A stretch of 64,000 nt of DNA from a virus: positions 2,836-66,835 of the IMG/VR virus record IMGVR_UViG_3300032038_000071; one strand, given 5' to 3'. Below the pieces are notes generated by a model that worked only from the letters and a program-made list of their open reading frames with translations, did no database searches and had not been told where the DNA came from. Positions 30,822 through 39,728 of the stretch are shown piece after piece. Made by a program: the position numbers and the translations under genes. Position 1 is the stretch's first letter; each line of letters starts with the position of its first letter.

Positions 30822-31097
30822 TTAAAATCTACATGACCTAAATGCGTTCCTCTCTTTATTCTTTATTAAAGCACCTTCAACAAACAGCTTACAGTTATCA
30901 TATTCTTCCCCTCGTCTATCACAGGTCTTGTTTGTTGCATCTGAGTATAAACAAGTATGACCTGTTATACCAGAATAATTGCATATTACATTTACTACTG
31001 TCCTTGTATAGTGACGTTTTGTAGCTCCGCTTATTGCTCCTCTGTACTTACACTTCTGACACTTCTCTATGTTAAACTTTGTTTCTGCTTTCATCAA
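30822..31097 (-). CDS. Cys-rich protein (91 aa)
   Basis: KCQKC...C...C...C...C pattern, with a 4-nt overlap with the dnaB stop. Confidence 0.6.
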   Translation of the reverse strand: MMKAETKFNIEKCQKCKYRGAISGATKRHYTRTVVNVICNYSGITGHTCLYSDATNKTCDRRGEEYDNCKLFVEGALIKNKERNAFRSCRF

Positions 31098-32389
31098 AAT
31101 ACATCCTCCTTGTCATTTCTGAACTTCTCTCTTGCTCTCTTTACTCGTTTTTCTGTTTCTTCTTTAGGCTGTGCATCATCATAGCTTGGTATATTTACAA
31201 ACTCCCCTGTATCTATACTCCATTGATATATCAGCTTTCCACCAACAGCACCAAATCTCTGCTTCTTGATTTGCATTGTAAGTGTTCCTTCTTTTGTCTG
31301 TTTGATTGAAAGAACCTTACTTGCGTTATGTGCTATACCGTCACTATCTCTTATGCTTTCAAGTTCTGGTACATCATTACTATCCTCTGTGCTGACACCA
31401 TTTCTGTTAGCTTGCACTACTACTAATACAGGTATCTTTAATTCTATAGATAACTCCATCAAATCTTCGCTTATGTTGGTAAGACTTGTGGTTTTGTTAT
31501 CACCACGCTTATATCTTTCGTCAGACATATATGTGATACCATCTATTGCTATCATATCAAGTTTGTATTTCTTTACCCATTGTTTCAGCTTCGATACTGT
31601 TATCTGACGATTGAAGTCCATCGATGTTGATACTATAAACTTGTGTTTATTGTCTTTCAGCTTTTCTATATAGTCCTTATACTTATCTGTATCTTCATTA
31701 CCCCACATAAGACCTTTATTAGAAAACTGATTGTACAATGTATCAAATCTATATCCTATACTATTAGCTGACATTTCTGGTGATACATAACCCACATTAA
31801 ACCCTAACTGCCAAACGTGTGTACATATCTTTTCAAGTACCCAAGACTTACCTTGATTTGTTCTTGCAAACAATACGAACAATTCTTCGCCACGTTGTAT
31901 GCCATGAATTAAATCATCAAGTTCTTCAAACCCTGTTGTAAAGAACCATTCGTTTTGATGTTCTTTTACTTGTGTAAACTGTTCATATCTGTTTAACGCA
32001 TCTTGTATTATATCTACGCCTGTTATAGAGTAATTCGGCTGTAAGTCTTTTATAGACTGTATCATATACTCTATTGCCGCATTACTATCTGTTTTCATCA
32101 GCTTTGCTATCTGCTGAACAACTGGAACAGATTTATAATATAGATATTCTTCTCTGATTGTATCTACTAAATATCTATCACTTTCCTGTACTTCTACAAT
32201 CTCAAAATCTGGAAACTGCGCTATGAATGTTGCTTTATCAGGTACGTTTCCATATTCTGTATTATGATTTAAGATAAACTCTATCTCATCTTGATACTCG
32301 GGAAAGTAATCCTTTGTTATCTGATTTTCTTCCAACAGACTAATATCTTGTGTCTGTAAAATTTTACTGATAATTTGTAAAGCAACCAT
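31094..32389 (-). CDS. dnaB: DnaB-type replicative helicase
   Basis: 431 aa. TTGFEELDDLIHGIQRGEELFVLFARTNQGKSWVLEKI contains the Walker A, and MIAIDGITYM is the Walker B. Confidence 0.85.
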   Translation of the reverse strand: MVALQIISKILQTQDISLLEENQITKDYFPEYQDEIEFILNHNTEYGNVPDKATFIAQFPDFEIVEVQESDRYLVDTIREEYLYYKSVPVVQQIAKLMKTDSNAAIEYMIQSIKDLQPNYSITGVDIIQDALNRYEQFTQVKEHQNEWFFTTGFEELDDLIHGIQRGEELFVLFARTNQGKSWVLEKICTHVWQLGFNVGYVSPEMSANSIGYRFDTLYNQFSNKGLMWGNEDTDKYKDYIEKLKDNKHKFIVSTSMDFNRQITVSKLKQWVKKYKLDMIAIDGITYMSDERYKRGDNKTTSLTNISEDLMELSIELKIPVLVVVQANRNGVSTEDSNDVPELESIRDSDGIAHNASKVLSIKQTKEGTLTMQIKKQRFGAVGGKLIYQWSIDTGEFVNIPSYDDAQPKEETEKRVKRAREKFRNDKEDVF

Positions 32390-32393
32390 GCTA

Positions 32394-32546
32394 TTACTCC
32401 TTGTCTTTGATTATTTTTGTGCCATTCTTTTCACATTTCCACAAATAAGTATCAAATGGTATAATATCATCTAAACCACTTTTTAACCAATTATCAAACA
32501 ATTCATCCTCAGTAGCCTCTACGATTTTATTATTCTCTATCTTCAT
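32394..32546 (-). CDS. hypothetical protein (50 aa, below the ORF-track cutoff)
   Basis: An ATGA overlap with the loader gene stop. It fills the gap before dnaB and translates to MKIENNKIVEATEDELFDNWLKSGLDDIIPFDTYLWKCEKNGTKIIKDKE. Confidence 0.45.
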   Translation of the reverse strand: MKIENNKIVEATEDELFDNWLKSGLDDIIPFDTYLWKCEKNGTKIIKDKE

Positions 32547-33193
32547 CTGCCCCTCCTGTCTTTACCTTTAAACTCTACTACACTACCTGTTCTGTATATT
32601 CTGCTTGCCAATCTTACTCCAACAGCATTTGCAAGTGCATCAAAATCTGTCATATTTCCTGTAAATATATTAGCTTTTTCGCTGAATATACGCTGGTCAA
32701 CATATGACAATAGCTGTGAATGGTCGTAAGCACTCATATCTGTACTTGCTATATCATCCCATACAACTAAATCACATTCAAGTAGATTATGTTTATACGT
32801 TTCTGATAATGGTTTCTGAAAATTCTTTAACTGATTCAGTAATGTTGGAACGTGTACGAACATACCTCTTACTCTAAAACCATTTCCTGCCCATATACTA
32901 TCAAAGTATTTCATCATTAACTTTATTGCCCATGTTGTCTTGCCATTACCCGTACAACTACTTGTGATATACAGATTAAATCCTTCATCAACATATCGTG
33001 CTATATCATCTTTAAACTCTGCCAATGTACAAAACGCATCATAGTCAACACCTGCTTGTAATGATATAGGATATTGTTTTGATTTTGGTATATTGCTGTT
33101 ATCTACAAGATACTTCATTTCAAGGTATCTAATGCAAGTATCAGTACATTCATTCTCACATACTTCTTTGTACCAACAATATTGTATCTTCAA
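32543..33193 (-). CDS. DnaC/IstB-like AAA+ helicase loader
   Basis: SSCTGNGKTTWAIKL is the Walker A and DLVVWDDIAS the Walker B. It lies between the initiator and helicase genes. Confidence 0.7.
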   Translation of the reverse strand: MKIQYCWYKEVCENECTDTCIRYLEMKYLVDNSNIPKSKQYPISLQAGVDYDAFCTLAEFKDDIARYVDEGFNLYITSSCTGNGKTTWAIKLMMKYFDSIWAGNGFRVRGMFVHVPTLLNQLKNFQKPLSETYKHNLLECDLVVWDDIASTDMSAYDHSQLLSYVDQRIFSEKANIFTGNMTDFDALANAVGVRLASRIYRTGSVVEFKGKDRRGR

Positions 33194-34032
33194 AACTTTG
33201 TCCTCATTCCTTTCTTCTCACGTTCTTTGTTTATACGTTCTTCTTCTTTCTCATCTTCTTCTGTATAGCCACTACTATTGACTGTATTCTGTTCACCAAA
33301 TGTATCTTTCTTTTTATACTTCTTATCTTCTTTCAATTCATAAAATCCAGACCATCCATTATCAAGTGTTTGTAATGCTATTTTACGCTGAATATAATTA
33401 TCTGTCGATAACTGTTTTAACTTATTCAATTTACCTTTAAATGTATTCTGATATATTGGTATTCCACTTTCTTTGCTGTTCTCTAAACATCTTTTCAAAA
33501 ACTGTATAAGATATTCTCTTAATATGATATCATCTGTAAAATCATCTATAAGACTAACACACTTATCCCATAAAGATTGCTTTTTAGGTTTGACTATATC
33601 AGTTCCAAATTCAAAATTTTCTACTATATCTTTAGATATAGTTTTATTATTTTGTTTAGTAGTATTACTAGTATTATTGTGTAAAGTTTCTTTACTACCC
33701 TCGTAAAGTTTCTTTACTACCCCCATAAGATAATTTATTTGTTTCTGATTTACTCGATACTCATTGTGTCTTCCTGTTCTAGCGTCATCTACAAGTGTTA
33801 CCTCGATTAGATTTTTCTCTTCAAGATTATCTATAGCCTTATCGACAGTAGGTAATGATATATTAAATGTATTAGCCATATAGCTTCTACTGCCATAGAA
33901 CCATGTATCACCATCTTGACTAAATCCATATATTAAGGCAAATATTAAAAGTTCATTACCTTTTAACCCAAGTTCATTACACATCCAACCTTGTATCACT
34001 ACATAATTATTACTACTTAATTCTTTAGACAT
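33190..34032 (-). CDS. replication initiator / replisome organiser with an N-terminal winged helix
   Basis: LIFALIYGFSQDGDTWFYGSRSYMANTFNISLPTVDKAIDNLEEKNLIE is a wHTH. It lies upstream of the loader and helicase and has a basic, repetitive C-terminus. Confidence 0.55.
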   Translation of the reverse strand: MSKELSSNNYVVIQGWMCNELGLKGNELLIFALIYGFSQDGDTWFYGSRSYMANTFNISLPTVDKAIDNLEEKNLIEVTLVDDARTGRHNEYRVNQKQINYLMGVVKKLYEGSKETLHNNTSNTTKQNNKTISKDIVENFEFGTDIVKPKKQSLWDKCVSLIDDFTDDIILREYLIQFLKRCLENSKESGIPIYQNTFKGKLNKLKQLSTDNYIQRKIALQTLDNGWSGFYELKEDKKYKKKDTFGEQNTVNSSGYTEEDEKEEERINKEREKKGMRTKF

Positions 34033-34057
34033 ATCAATCTCCTTTGTTATAAAACAA

Positions 34058-34101
34058 ATAGCTTGTATAAAAGAGAGTGCAGTCTCGATTATACAAGCTA
34101 T
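34058..34101 (-). promoter_or_regulatory. 12-bp stem hairpin in the initiator 5' leader
   Basis: ATAGCTTGTATA (34058-34069) pairs with TATACAAGCTAT (34090-34101) around a 20-nt loop. Confidence 0.5.
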
Positions 34102-34105
34102 TGCT

Positions 34106-34158
34106 GGTTAGCTAAATTATGAGGTCTTGTTGCCAAGTTCTGCACAACTCAGCTAACC
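34106..34158 (-). promoter_or_regulatory. 53-nt rod-like leader hairpin beginning GGTTAGCTGA
   Basis: Minus strand GGTTAGC pairs with GCTAACC (7 bp), with an inner stem TTGTGC/GCA(A)CAA. The same 10-mer opens the hairpin at 6440-6489. Confidence 0.5.
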
Positions 34159-34193
34159 TATTTTAAGAAAGAGTAAAATTCTCGTTCACAAGT

Positions 34194-34222
34194 ATAATAA
34201 CATTATACTACACATTTGTCAA
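34194..34222 (-). promoter_or_regulatory. sigma-A-type promoter (TTGACA-N17-TATTAT) with an adjacent AATGTGTAGTATAAT box
   Basis: Minus strand reads TTGACAAATGTGTAGTATAATGTTATTAT. Confidence 0.55.
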
Positions 34223-34444
34223 CTACTTTTTTCTTTCCTTATACATTTCATATATTTCTTCAATCTGACGGTCAACTTCTCCGTTGCAAGATTCCCAAAG
34301 CTTTGCTCTTGCTTCTTCTAAATCTTCTCCCGGCTCTACACTTCTTTCTTCGCCATATTCTATTGTGTAAAACTGGTCTCCGCTCCTTGTAGCTATCTTA
34401 ATACTTGTTCTACTTGTAGCTTTAATTATCGTTGTCTGTGCCAT
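34223..34444 (-). CDS. hypothetical protein (73 aa)
   Basis: AAAGGAG SD upstream. Confidence 0.6.
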   Translation of the reverse strand: MAQTTIIKATSRTSIKIATRSGDQFYTIEYGEERSVEPGEDLEEARAKLWESCNGEVDRQIEEIYEMYKERKK

Positions 34445-34859
34445 CTTTCTTCTCCTTTACTTTTGATACTCTAAGTGTCATTACTTCCTTTTTCTCACGA
34501 CAGTTGTCCATTTCAATCAGCACTTCTTTAGGTATTGCACCGTTATAGATAGCTGATTCAAGCGCATCCATATCAACATATTTCTTTGTCTTTACAATTC
34601 CTGATTCAGCACTAACTTTATCTTGCAGGAGGGCTAATAGCTTATCCTCGTTCATTGTATTTCTTTCAGATACAGAATATGTTATTTTGTAACCTCCAGA
34701 TGATATACTATCAATACCTTCTTCTTCCATTATCTTCTTTATCTCTGCATTTTCAGCTTTACATATATTTGTATATTCATCTAAGGTTTCTTTGTGACTA
34801 CCATATTCTGGTATTAAAGTTAATAATCTGTCTGTGTTTGGTATTTTATTCGTCCTCAT
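34422..34859 (-). CDS. hypothetical protein (145 aa)
   Basis: Co-directional ORF with short overlaps on both sides. Confidence 0.6.
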   Translation of the reverse strand: MRTNKIPNTDRLLTLIPEYGSHKETLDEYTNICKAENAEIKKIMEEEGIDSISSGGYKITYSVSERNTMNEDKLLALLQDKVSAESGIVKTKKYVDMDALESAIYNGAIPKEVLIEMDNCREKKEVMTLRVSKVKEKKDGTDNDN

Positions 34860-35145
34860 CGTCTATATATTTCTCCTTTTTTGTATATAATTTATGTGTG
34901 ATACTTCCCATAAGACCGTTACGACCTCTTGGTATAGCTTGCTTAAATGTAATTACTTTCCACACATCATCACGTTTCCAATAACGTGTCTGTCTACCAC
35001 CTTGCTGTATATAATCTGGAAGTAGCTGTGCATATTCATTATCAGGATTTGATTTCTTAAACCAATACCAATAATTAATTGCTTTTGTTGATACTCCTGC
35101 AAGCATGGCAAGTTCTTCAACTTTGATATATTCTTTGTAATCCAC
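34846..35145 (-). CDS. HTH DNA-binding protein (MerR/excisionase-like helix-turn-helix)
   Basis: IKVEELAMLAGVSTKAINYWYWF is the HTH. AAGGAGGTG SD upstream. Confidence 0.5.
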   Translation of the reverse strand: MDYKEYIKVEELAMLAGVSTKAINYWYWFKKSNPDNEYAQLLPDYIQQGGRQTRYWKRDDVWKVITFKQAIPRGRNGLMGSITHKLYTKKEKYIDDEDE

Positions 35146-35161
35146 TTCTTACACCTCCTTT

Positions 35162-37885
35162 CTAACTTAATAAGAAGTCAAGTACCTCTGACTTACTCAT
35201 ATCAACCTTACCATCCACAAGAGCATCTGACATAGCACCTTTCTTCTGTACAAGTTCATGGATTCTTTCGTCTATTGTATCCTTACACATAAGGTTGTAG
35301 ATTGTAACATTATGCTTCTGTCCTACTCTGTGGCATCTATCTGTTGCTTGGTCGTATAATGCTCTGTTCCAAGGTTCGTCAAGAAATATCTCAACTGTTC
35401 CTGCGGTGAGAGTGAGACCTGTACCCATAGCGCCAATTGTACCTATAATGTATTTACACTCAGGATTATTCTGAAAATGATTTACATTTACCTGTCTATC
35501 AGCATCGTTTGTCTGACCAGTAATGACAACACCTTTATACTTCTTTGCAAGTCTGGCTCTAATAACATCTGTCATCTGCGTCCAGTTAGAAAAGATAACA
35601 ACTTTCTTTCCATTCTCTATTGCTTCTTCAACAAGTTCTTCCATTCTATCAAGCTTTGCACTTTCCTGTATCTTGCTTGAAAGAATACCTGTATAACCTG
35701 TAGCTTGTCTCATTCTGATTAATTCTGCAAGTGGATTAGGTGCTGTCTTTATGTTATCAATATTACTCTGAATATCTGCTGTGACCTCTTTATAGATAAC
35801 AGCTTGCTTTGGTGTCATATCAACGTATTCATCTATGTATGTCTTTTCCGGTAAGTCTAATACATCATCTTTAAGTCTACGTAACATTATGTCATTAAGT
35901 CTTTCCTGTAACTCGTCAAGATTCTTATAGCCGACTACTTCATATCCGCCATAGCCACCCATTACACAATAATGATTTTTAAATCTGTAAAAGGCATTCT
36001 TTTCATAACCAAGCCATTTAAGAATTATGTATAAGTCCATAGGCTGATTCATAAGTGGTGTACCTGTCATAGCTATACGACATTCAGATTGTAATTTAAG
36101 AATACCTTTGCCCTGCTGACTTGATGGGTTCTTACACTTATGTATCTCATCAATAGCTATAATACCTATCTCACCCGATTTGCATTTATTTGCGATTTCA
36201 GACACGATTTTTTCATCACGCATAGTTTCTACATTCGTTATAATAAAATACGCTCCAAGTGCTTCCAAATTGCAAATATCAGTATATTTATCTGCATTAG
36301 ACCCTATAACAATTTTATCGTTCTTAATTCTCTGTCCAAGAATGTATGCTTCCTCATCTGAATGTGTATGAATTTCATTAACCCAGTTCCATTTAAGACC
36401 ATTAACTCCGCATACTATAAGACAATGCTTGTATCCTTTCTGTAATTTCTTTGCTACTGCTATATCAATGACTTGTTTTGTGTTATGAGTTACTACAAAA
36501 TGCTCGGCTAAATACAGATGGTCATTACTATCAACTGTAATACACTTTGCGTCTGCATTATCAATCTTTTCAATAGCAATTATATTTCTTCTTGTCTTGA
36601 AATGTCGGTCTTTCAATAATGATTTTTTACGAGTAAGAGTACAATACAGTTGAGGTCTATCAAATTTAATAGTCAGATTGTAACTTGTTCCCGTAATCTT
36701 TCCATCATAACCACACTCACTTTCAGAGTAACTTACAATACCACCTAAACTTTCAACTAAAAATCTTACATCTTCACATAACTGTTTTGATACAGTTGAA
36801 TAAGTTAATAAATTATCAGATGTTGCATAGCCATCCGTATCAATAAGTCCTTGTAATACTTCTGTTCTAACTGCGATTGAATTGTACTTGTATATATCTG
36901 GAATGAATTTTGTGTGAGAGTTTCTTCCATGTAAATCTAAATCAGTAAGTGCTTTTCTTATTATATTAGTTTTGCCTTGTATATCAGTACCTTTAATATA
37001 ATATTCAATATCTCCCATACTTGGTGCTGAATACAACTCATAGCCTTTAGGTAATCTTGAATTGATATTATCTACCATTTCACTATCAATCGTAGTAAAT
37101 CTTATTGTATGGGTAGTAATTCCACCATCACCTAACAATGCACCTAATACATAAGGCTCTATTGGCACTTCTTGATATTCAAATTGAACAGGTTTACATC
37201 TATCTATGTAATATTTGTAACTTCCAGAACCTTCGCTGAATAGATTATCTTTTCGTACATTTCCGAATTGGTCTTTCTTAGTAAACCATTCTGTATCAAC
37301 TACTTTAGTTCCATGTTGGTCATGTATCTGCCATAAATGGTCTTTACAACAATCAATACTTACTCCATCAGAAAATGTAATACGATACATTTCAACATTC
37401 TTATGATAGTATGTGGCAGTTACTTTAGTTGGGCTACCGTCTTTACCAAATACATAATCTCCAACTTCAATATCTTTCATTTCCTTGTACCCTGTTGGAG
37501 TATATATTTTAGTATTTAATGCAAGTGCTTTTCCAAGACCCTGTTCATCACCTAACAGCCATCTGTCGTACTTCAATCCAAAATTAAACCCATCAATCTG
37601 ATGCTCAAAAGGTTTTGTTTTGAAGTTGAAGTTAGCTGGTGTTTCAGCTTTCTTATCTTCAAATGATATGTACTTGCCTGAAATATCAAAATCAAAGTCC
37701 TGTAAGTTATCTATAAGATACTGTATCTTTTTTACAGGTATTTCCCACTCTTTTGTATCTTTGTTCCAATATCTTGTGGGCAGTTCTCTTACTGTATCAA
37801 CCACTTTCTGGTTGTAGTCAAATGATACAAAAGCTGAATAATCATCATCTATATTTTTAGAGTTTTTAATCTGTATCGTTATCAT
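35162..37885 (-). CDS. SNF2-family helicase interrupted by an intein (558-aa extein plus 349-aa intein)
   Basis: Motif I is split as DEQGLGK / TKQVIDIA. Other motifs seen are IAIDEIHKCKNP (motif II), MTGTPLMN (motif III) and QATDRCHRVGQKHNVTIY (motif VI). Confidence 0.9.
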   Translation of the reverse strand: MITIQIKNSKNIDDDYSAFVSFDYNQKVVDTVRELPTRYWNKDTKEWEIPVKKIQYLIDNLQDFDFDISGKYISFEDKKAETPANFNFKTKPFEHQIDGFNFGLKYDRWLLGDEQGLGKALALNTKIYTPTGYKEMKDIEVGDYVFGKDGSPTKVTATYYHKNVEMYRITFSDGVSIDCCKDHLWQIHDQHGTKVVDTEWFTKKDQFGNVRKDNLFSEGSGSYKYYIDRCKPVQFEYQEVPIEPYVLGALLGDGGITTHTIRFTTIDSEMVDNINSRLPKGYELYSAPSMGDIEYYIKGTDIQGKTNIIRKALTDLDLHGRNSHTKFIPDIYKYNSIAVRTEVLQGLIDTDGYATSDNLLTYSTVSKQLCEDVRFLVESLGGIVSYSESECGYDGKITGTSYNLTIKFDRPQLYCTLTRKKSLLKDRHFKTRRNIIAIEKIDNADAKCITVDSNDHLYLAEHFVVTHNTKQVIDIAVAKKLQKGYKHCLIVCGVNGLKWNWVNEIHTHSDEEAYILGQRIKNDKIVIGSNADKYTDICNLEALGAYFIITNVETMRDEKIVSEIANKCKSGEIGIIAIDEIHKCKNPSSQQGKGILKLQSECRIAMTGTPLMNQPMDLYIILKWLGYEKNAFYRFKNHYCVMGGYGGYEVVGYKNLDELQERLNDIMLRRLKDDVLDLPEKTYIDEYVDMTPKQAVIYKEVTADIQSNIDNIKTAPNPLAELIRMRQATGYTGILSSKIQESAKLDRMEELVEEAIENGKKVVIFSNWTQMTDVIRARLAKKYKGVVITGQTNDADRQVNVNHFQNNPECKYIIGTIGAMGTGLTLTAGTVEIFLDEPWNRALYDQATDRCHRVGQKHNVTIYNLMCKDTIDERIHELVQKKGAMSDALVDGKVDMSKSEVLDFLLS
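36482..37528 (-). mobile_element. intein (HINT domain plus double-LAGLIDADG homing endonuclease), class-3-like
   Basis: It spans residues 120-468 of the SNF2 ORF. It starts ALALNTKIYTP and ends VVTHN followed by Thr+1. LAGLIDADG motifs are YVLGALLGDGG and VLQGLIDTDGY. The Ala1, Trp185 (DHLW), Cys448 (AKCITV) and Thr466 (THN) pattern is present. Confidence 0.85.
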
Positions 37886-38234
37886 AGTTTTTATACCTTT
37901 CTTCTTTCATCTTTTTATATCGTTCTCTGTCTTTCTTTGGCAGATGATTTATTGACCACTCTTTGTCAGGCCACACATCTATCTTACTCCAAATATCATC
38001 ATCACTTATTGGCTCATTTCTTATAAATCTCCAAGCCGCTTCACTTGTCTTAAACATATAATTGTAATCATAATATCTGTCTGTTACATAACCTCTTCTT
38101 CCGGGCATTTTCTGTATTACTCGATTCATTATGATTACAAGTTGTTCTGACGGTATCATTACAACATTCCAACCATCTTTATCTTTGATCGGAAAGTAAA
38201 CTAACATTTGCTTCACCTCCTTGTTGTTTATCAA
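37866..38234 (-). CDS. hypothetical protein (122 aa)
   Basis: It is the first gene after the promoter at 38244-38272. AAGGAGGTG SD upstream. Confidence 0.65.
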   Translation of the reverse strand: MINNKEVKQMLVYFPIKDKDGWNVVMIPSEQLVIIMNRVIQKMPGRRGYVTDRYYDYNYMFKTSEAAWRFIRNEPISDDDIWSKIDVWPDKEWSINHLPKKDRERYKKMKEERYKNYDNDTD

Positions 38235-38243
38235 CTTATAAAC

Positions 38244-38272
38244 ATTGTACTACACATTTATAATCTTGTCAA
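38244..38272 (-). promoter_or_regulatory. sigma-A-type promoter (TTGACA-N17-TACAAT) with the AATGTGTAGTACAAT box
   Basis: Minus strand reads TTGACAAGATTATAAATGTGTAGTACAAT, immediately after the terminator at 38274-38307. Confidence 0.65.
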
Positions 38273-38273
38273 C

Positions 38274-38307
38274 AAAAAAATCGTCACTCGCTGAAAAGTG
38301 ACGATTT
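38274..38307 (-). terminator. strong intrinsic terminator closing the orphan cassette
   Basis: AAATCGTCACT (38278-38288) pairs with AGTGACGATTT (38297-38307). On the minus strand it is followed by TTTTTTT. Confidence 0.8.
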
Positions 38308-38311
38308 TACG

Positions 38312-38662
38312 TTATATATTAAGTTGTTTAATCATAGAAACAATAGCATCTCTTTCAGCTTGGGTATCTGTACTACTATATAATGTATGTATAAATTCAC
38401 TCAACTCTTTACATACATTGTATATAGAATTGATTACTGCTGATTCCGTTACTTCTTGCATCTGATATTTACGTTTGATTTCTCTATATAATTGATATTG
38501 AGGTAGTATGTCATTGAGTTCCTTTTCAACTCTGTTTGAGTTCTTACTATAATAAGCATTTTTTATGATATACATATCTGCTAATATGCGACAGTTTTCC
38601 AATGTTGTATCACTGTTTTCAAGGTCTTGTATAGTATCTTCAATCTCCTGTATATCTAACAT
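38312..38662 (-). CDS. hypothetical protein (116 aa, helical)
   Basis: GGAGGTG SD upstream. It is the last gene before the terminator. Confidence 0.65.
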   Translation of the reverse strand: MLDIQEIEDTIQDLENSDTTLENCRILADMYIIKNAYYSKNSNRVEKELNDILPQYQLYREIKRKYQMQEVTESAVINSIYNVCKELSEFIHTLYSSTDTQAERDAIVSMIKQLNI

Positions 38663-38813
38663 TCAGCACCTCCAATATCTTATCCAACTTCTTATTCTGT
38701 TCTTGCAGAATATCATGGATTTCTGCTATCTGCTTATTGTTGGTGTCAATCGTCTGTAGCTGTAAACAGAAATCCATAATATTCACAAGGTCAATCATGC
38801 CAAGATTATTCAT
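38640..38813 (-). CDS. hypothetical protein (57 aa, below the ORF-track cutoff)
   Basis: A TAATG overlap with the upstream stop. It fills the gap 38663-38812 and translates to MNNLGMIDLVNIMDFCLQLQTIDTNNKQIAEIHDILQEQNKKLDKILEVL... Confidence 0.4.
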   Translation of the reverse strand: MNNLGMIDLVNIMDFCLQLQTIDTNNKQIAEIHDILQEQNKKLDKILEVLNVRYTGD

Positions 38814-39265
38814 TAATCTTCTATCTGACTAATACATCTTTCCATAGCCTGACGAGTTTTTTCATCTGGTGCTGACTGCATCATAGAACGAAGCTGGTTT
38901 ATCATACGCTTTGAATCACGGGAATATCCACTGTCACGACTATAGTCATTGGAATAATTAGAATATCCATCACGGCTATAACCATCATTAGCATATCCGT
39001 CATAACTCATTCCACTCGAATAACCATTGTCGCTACTATATCTCCCCATGCTGTCACGTTTTGCATTTCTACCTCTTCCACGTGCATTAGAATATCCATC
39101 GTTAGAATATCCACTTTCTTCCATCTGCATTATCTCATCAATGTAGTGGATAGAAGCTGTAAGTTTTTCAATTAACTCCAAAGAACCGGAAGTTACTTGA
39201 CCCTTGCCTGCAAGTTTATCAAGTTCTTCACAAAGCATATCTCGGAGTTCTTCCATCTTCTTCAT
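38813..39265 (-). CDS. low-complexity protein with a GYS-repeat core (150 aa)
   Basis: The N- and C-terminal ends are helical. The middle part is SGYSNDGYSNARGRGR...DNGYSSGMSYDGYANDGYSRDGYSNYSNDYSRDSGYSRDS. Confidence 0.65.
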   Translation of the reverse strand: MKKMEELRDMLCEELDKLAGKGQVTSGSLELIEKLTASIHYIDEIMQMEESGYSNDGYSNARGRGRNAKRDSMGRYSSDNGYSSGMSYDGYANDGYSRDGYSNYSNDYSRDSGYSRDSKRMINQLRSMMQSAPDEKTRQAMERCISQIED

Positions 39266-39281
39266 AATGTTTACCTCCTGT

Positions 39282-39716
39282 CTATGCTACCCTATTGATT
39301 ACTATGTTTGCGTTCTGTACATCTATAGGCTGTGTACTGCTATTCTCGATTGCAATAGTTGTACAGCAACCTTTAGGTACTGTAATGTAGGTAAATTCAG
39401 CCACGTTCCAGAAATCTCCAACTGCCGCCGGTGTCACGATTGCTCTACTTGTTGGTACTTGCTCACCGTCTATAGTGAGTGTTACCTGTATAGGTTCAAC
39501 TGTTCCACCTTCTGCTATTGCTATGTTAGAACCAAACATAACTGAATATCTCGCAAAGCAACCTGTAGGATTATTAACTATGCCTCGTAAAGTGAAGATA
39601 CCCGAACCAGCACGATGAAAAACATATCCGCTGTTGCAAGGTATAATATCCTCAGTAAACAAAACATTCTGATTAGCAGGAATTGTCTGTAAAGCGTTTG
39701 CTACATACTCTGCCAT
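39282..39716 (-). CDS. BclA C-terminal-domain-like (C1q/TNF-like jelly-roll) protein, putative
   Basis: 144 aa from the SD-supported ATG. It has an all-beta pattern and a C-terminal ...IDVQNANIVINRVA that resembles the ...ASIIIEKVA ending of exosporium BclA-type domains. Confidence 0.4.
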   Translation of the reverse strand: MAEYVANALQTIPANQNVLFTEDIIPCNSGYVFHRAGSGIFTLRGIVNNPTGCFARYSVMFGSNIAIAEGGTVEPIQVTLTIDGEQVPTSRAIVTPAAVGDFWNVAEFTYITVPKGCCTTIAIENSSTQPIDVQNANIVINRVA

Positions 39717-39728
39717 AGTCAACACCTC

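Noticed and set aside
34106-34158. A tRNA-like element: the perfect 7-bp GGTTAGC/GCTAACC stem resembles an acceptor stem, and AGCTGAGTTG resembles a D-loop.
   Set aside because: It is only 53 nt long and folds as a single rod. It has no T-arm (no GTTCRANYC) and no anticodon arm.
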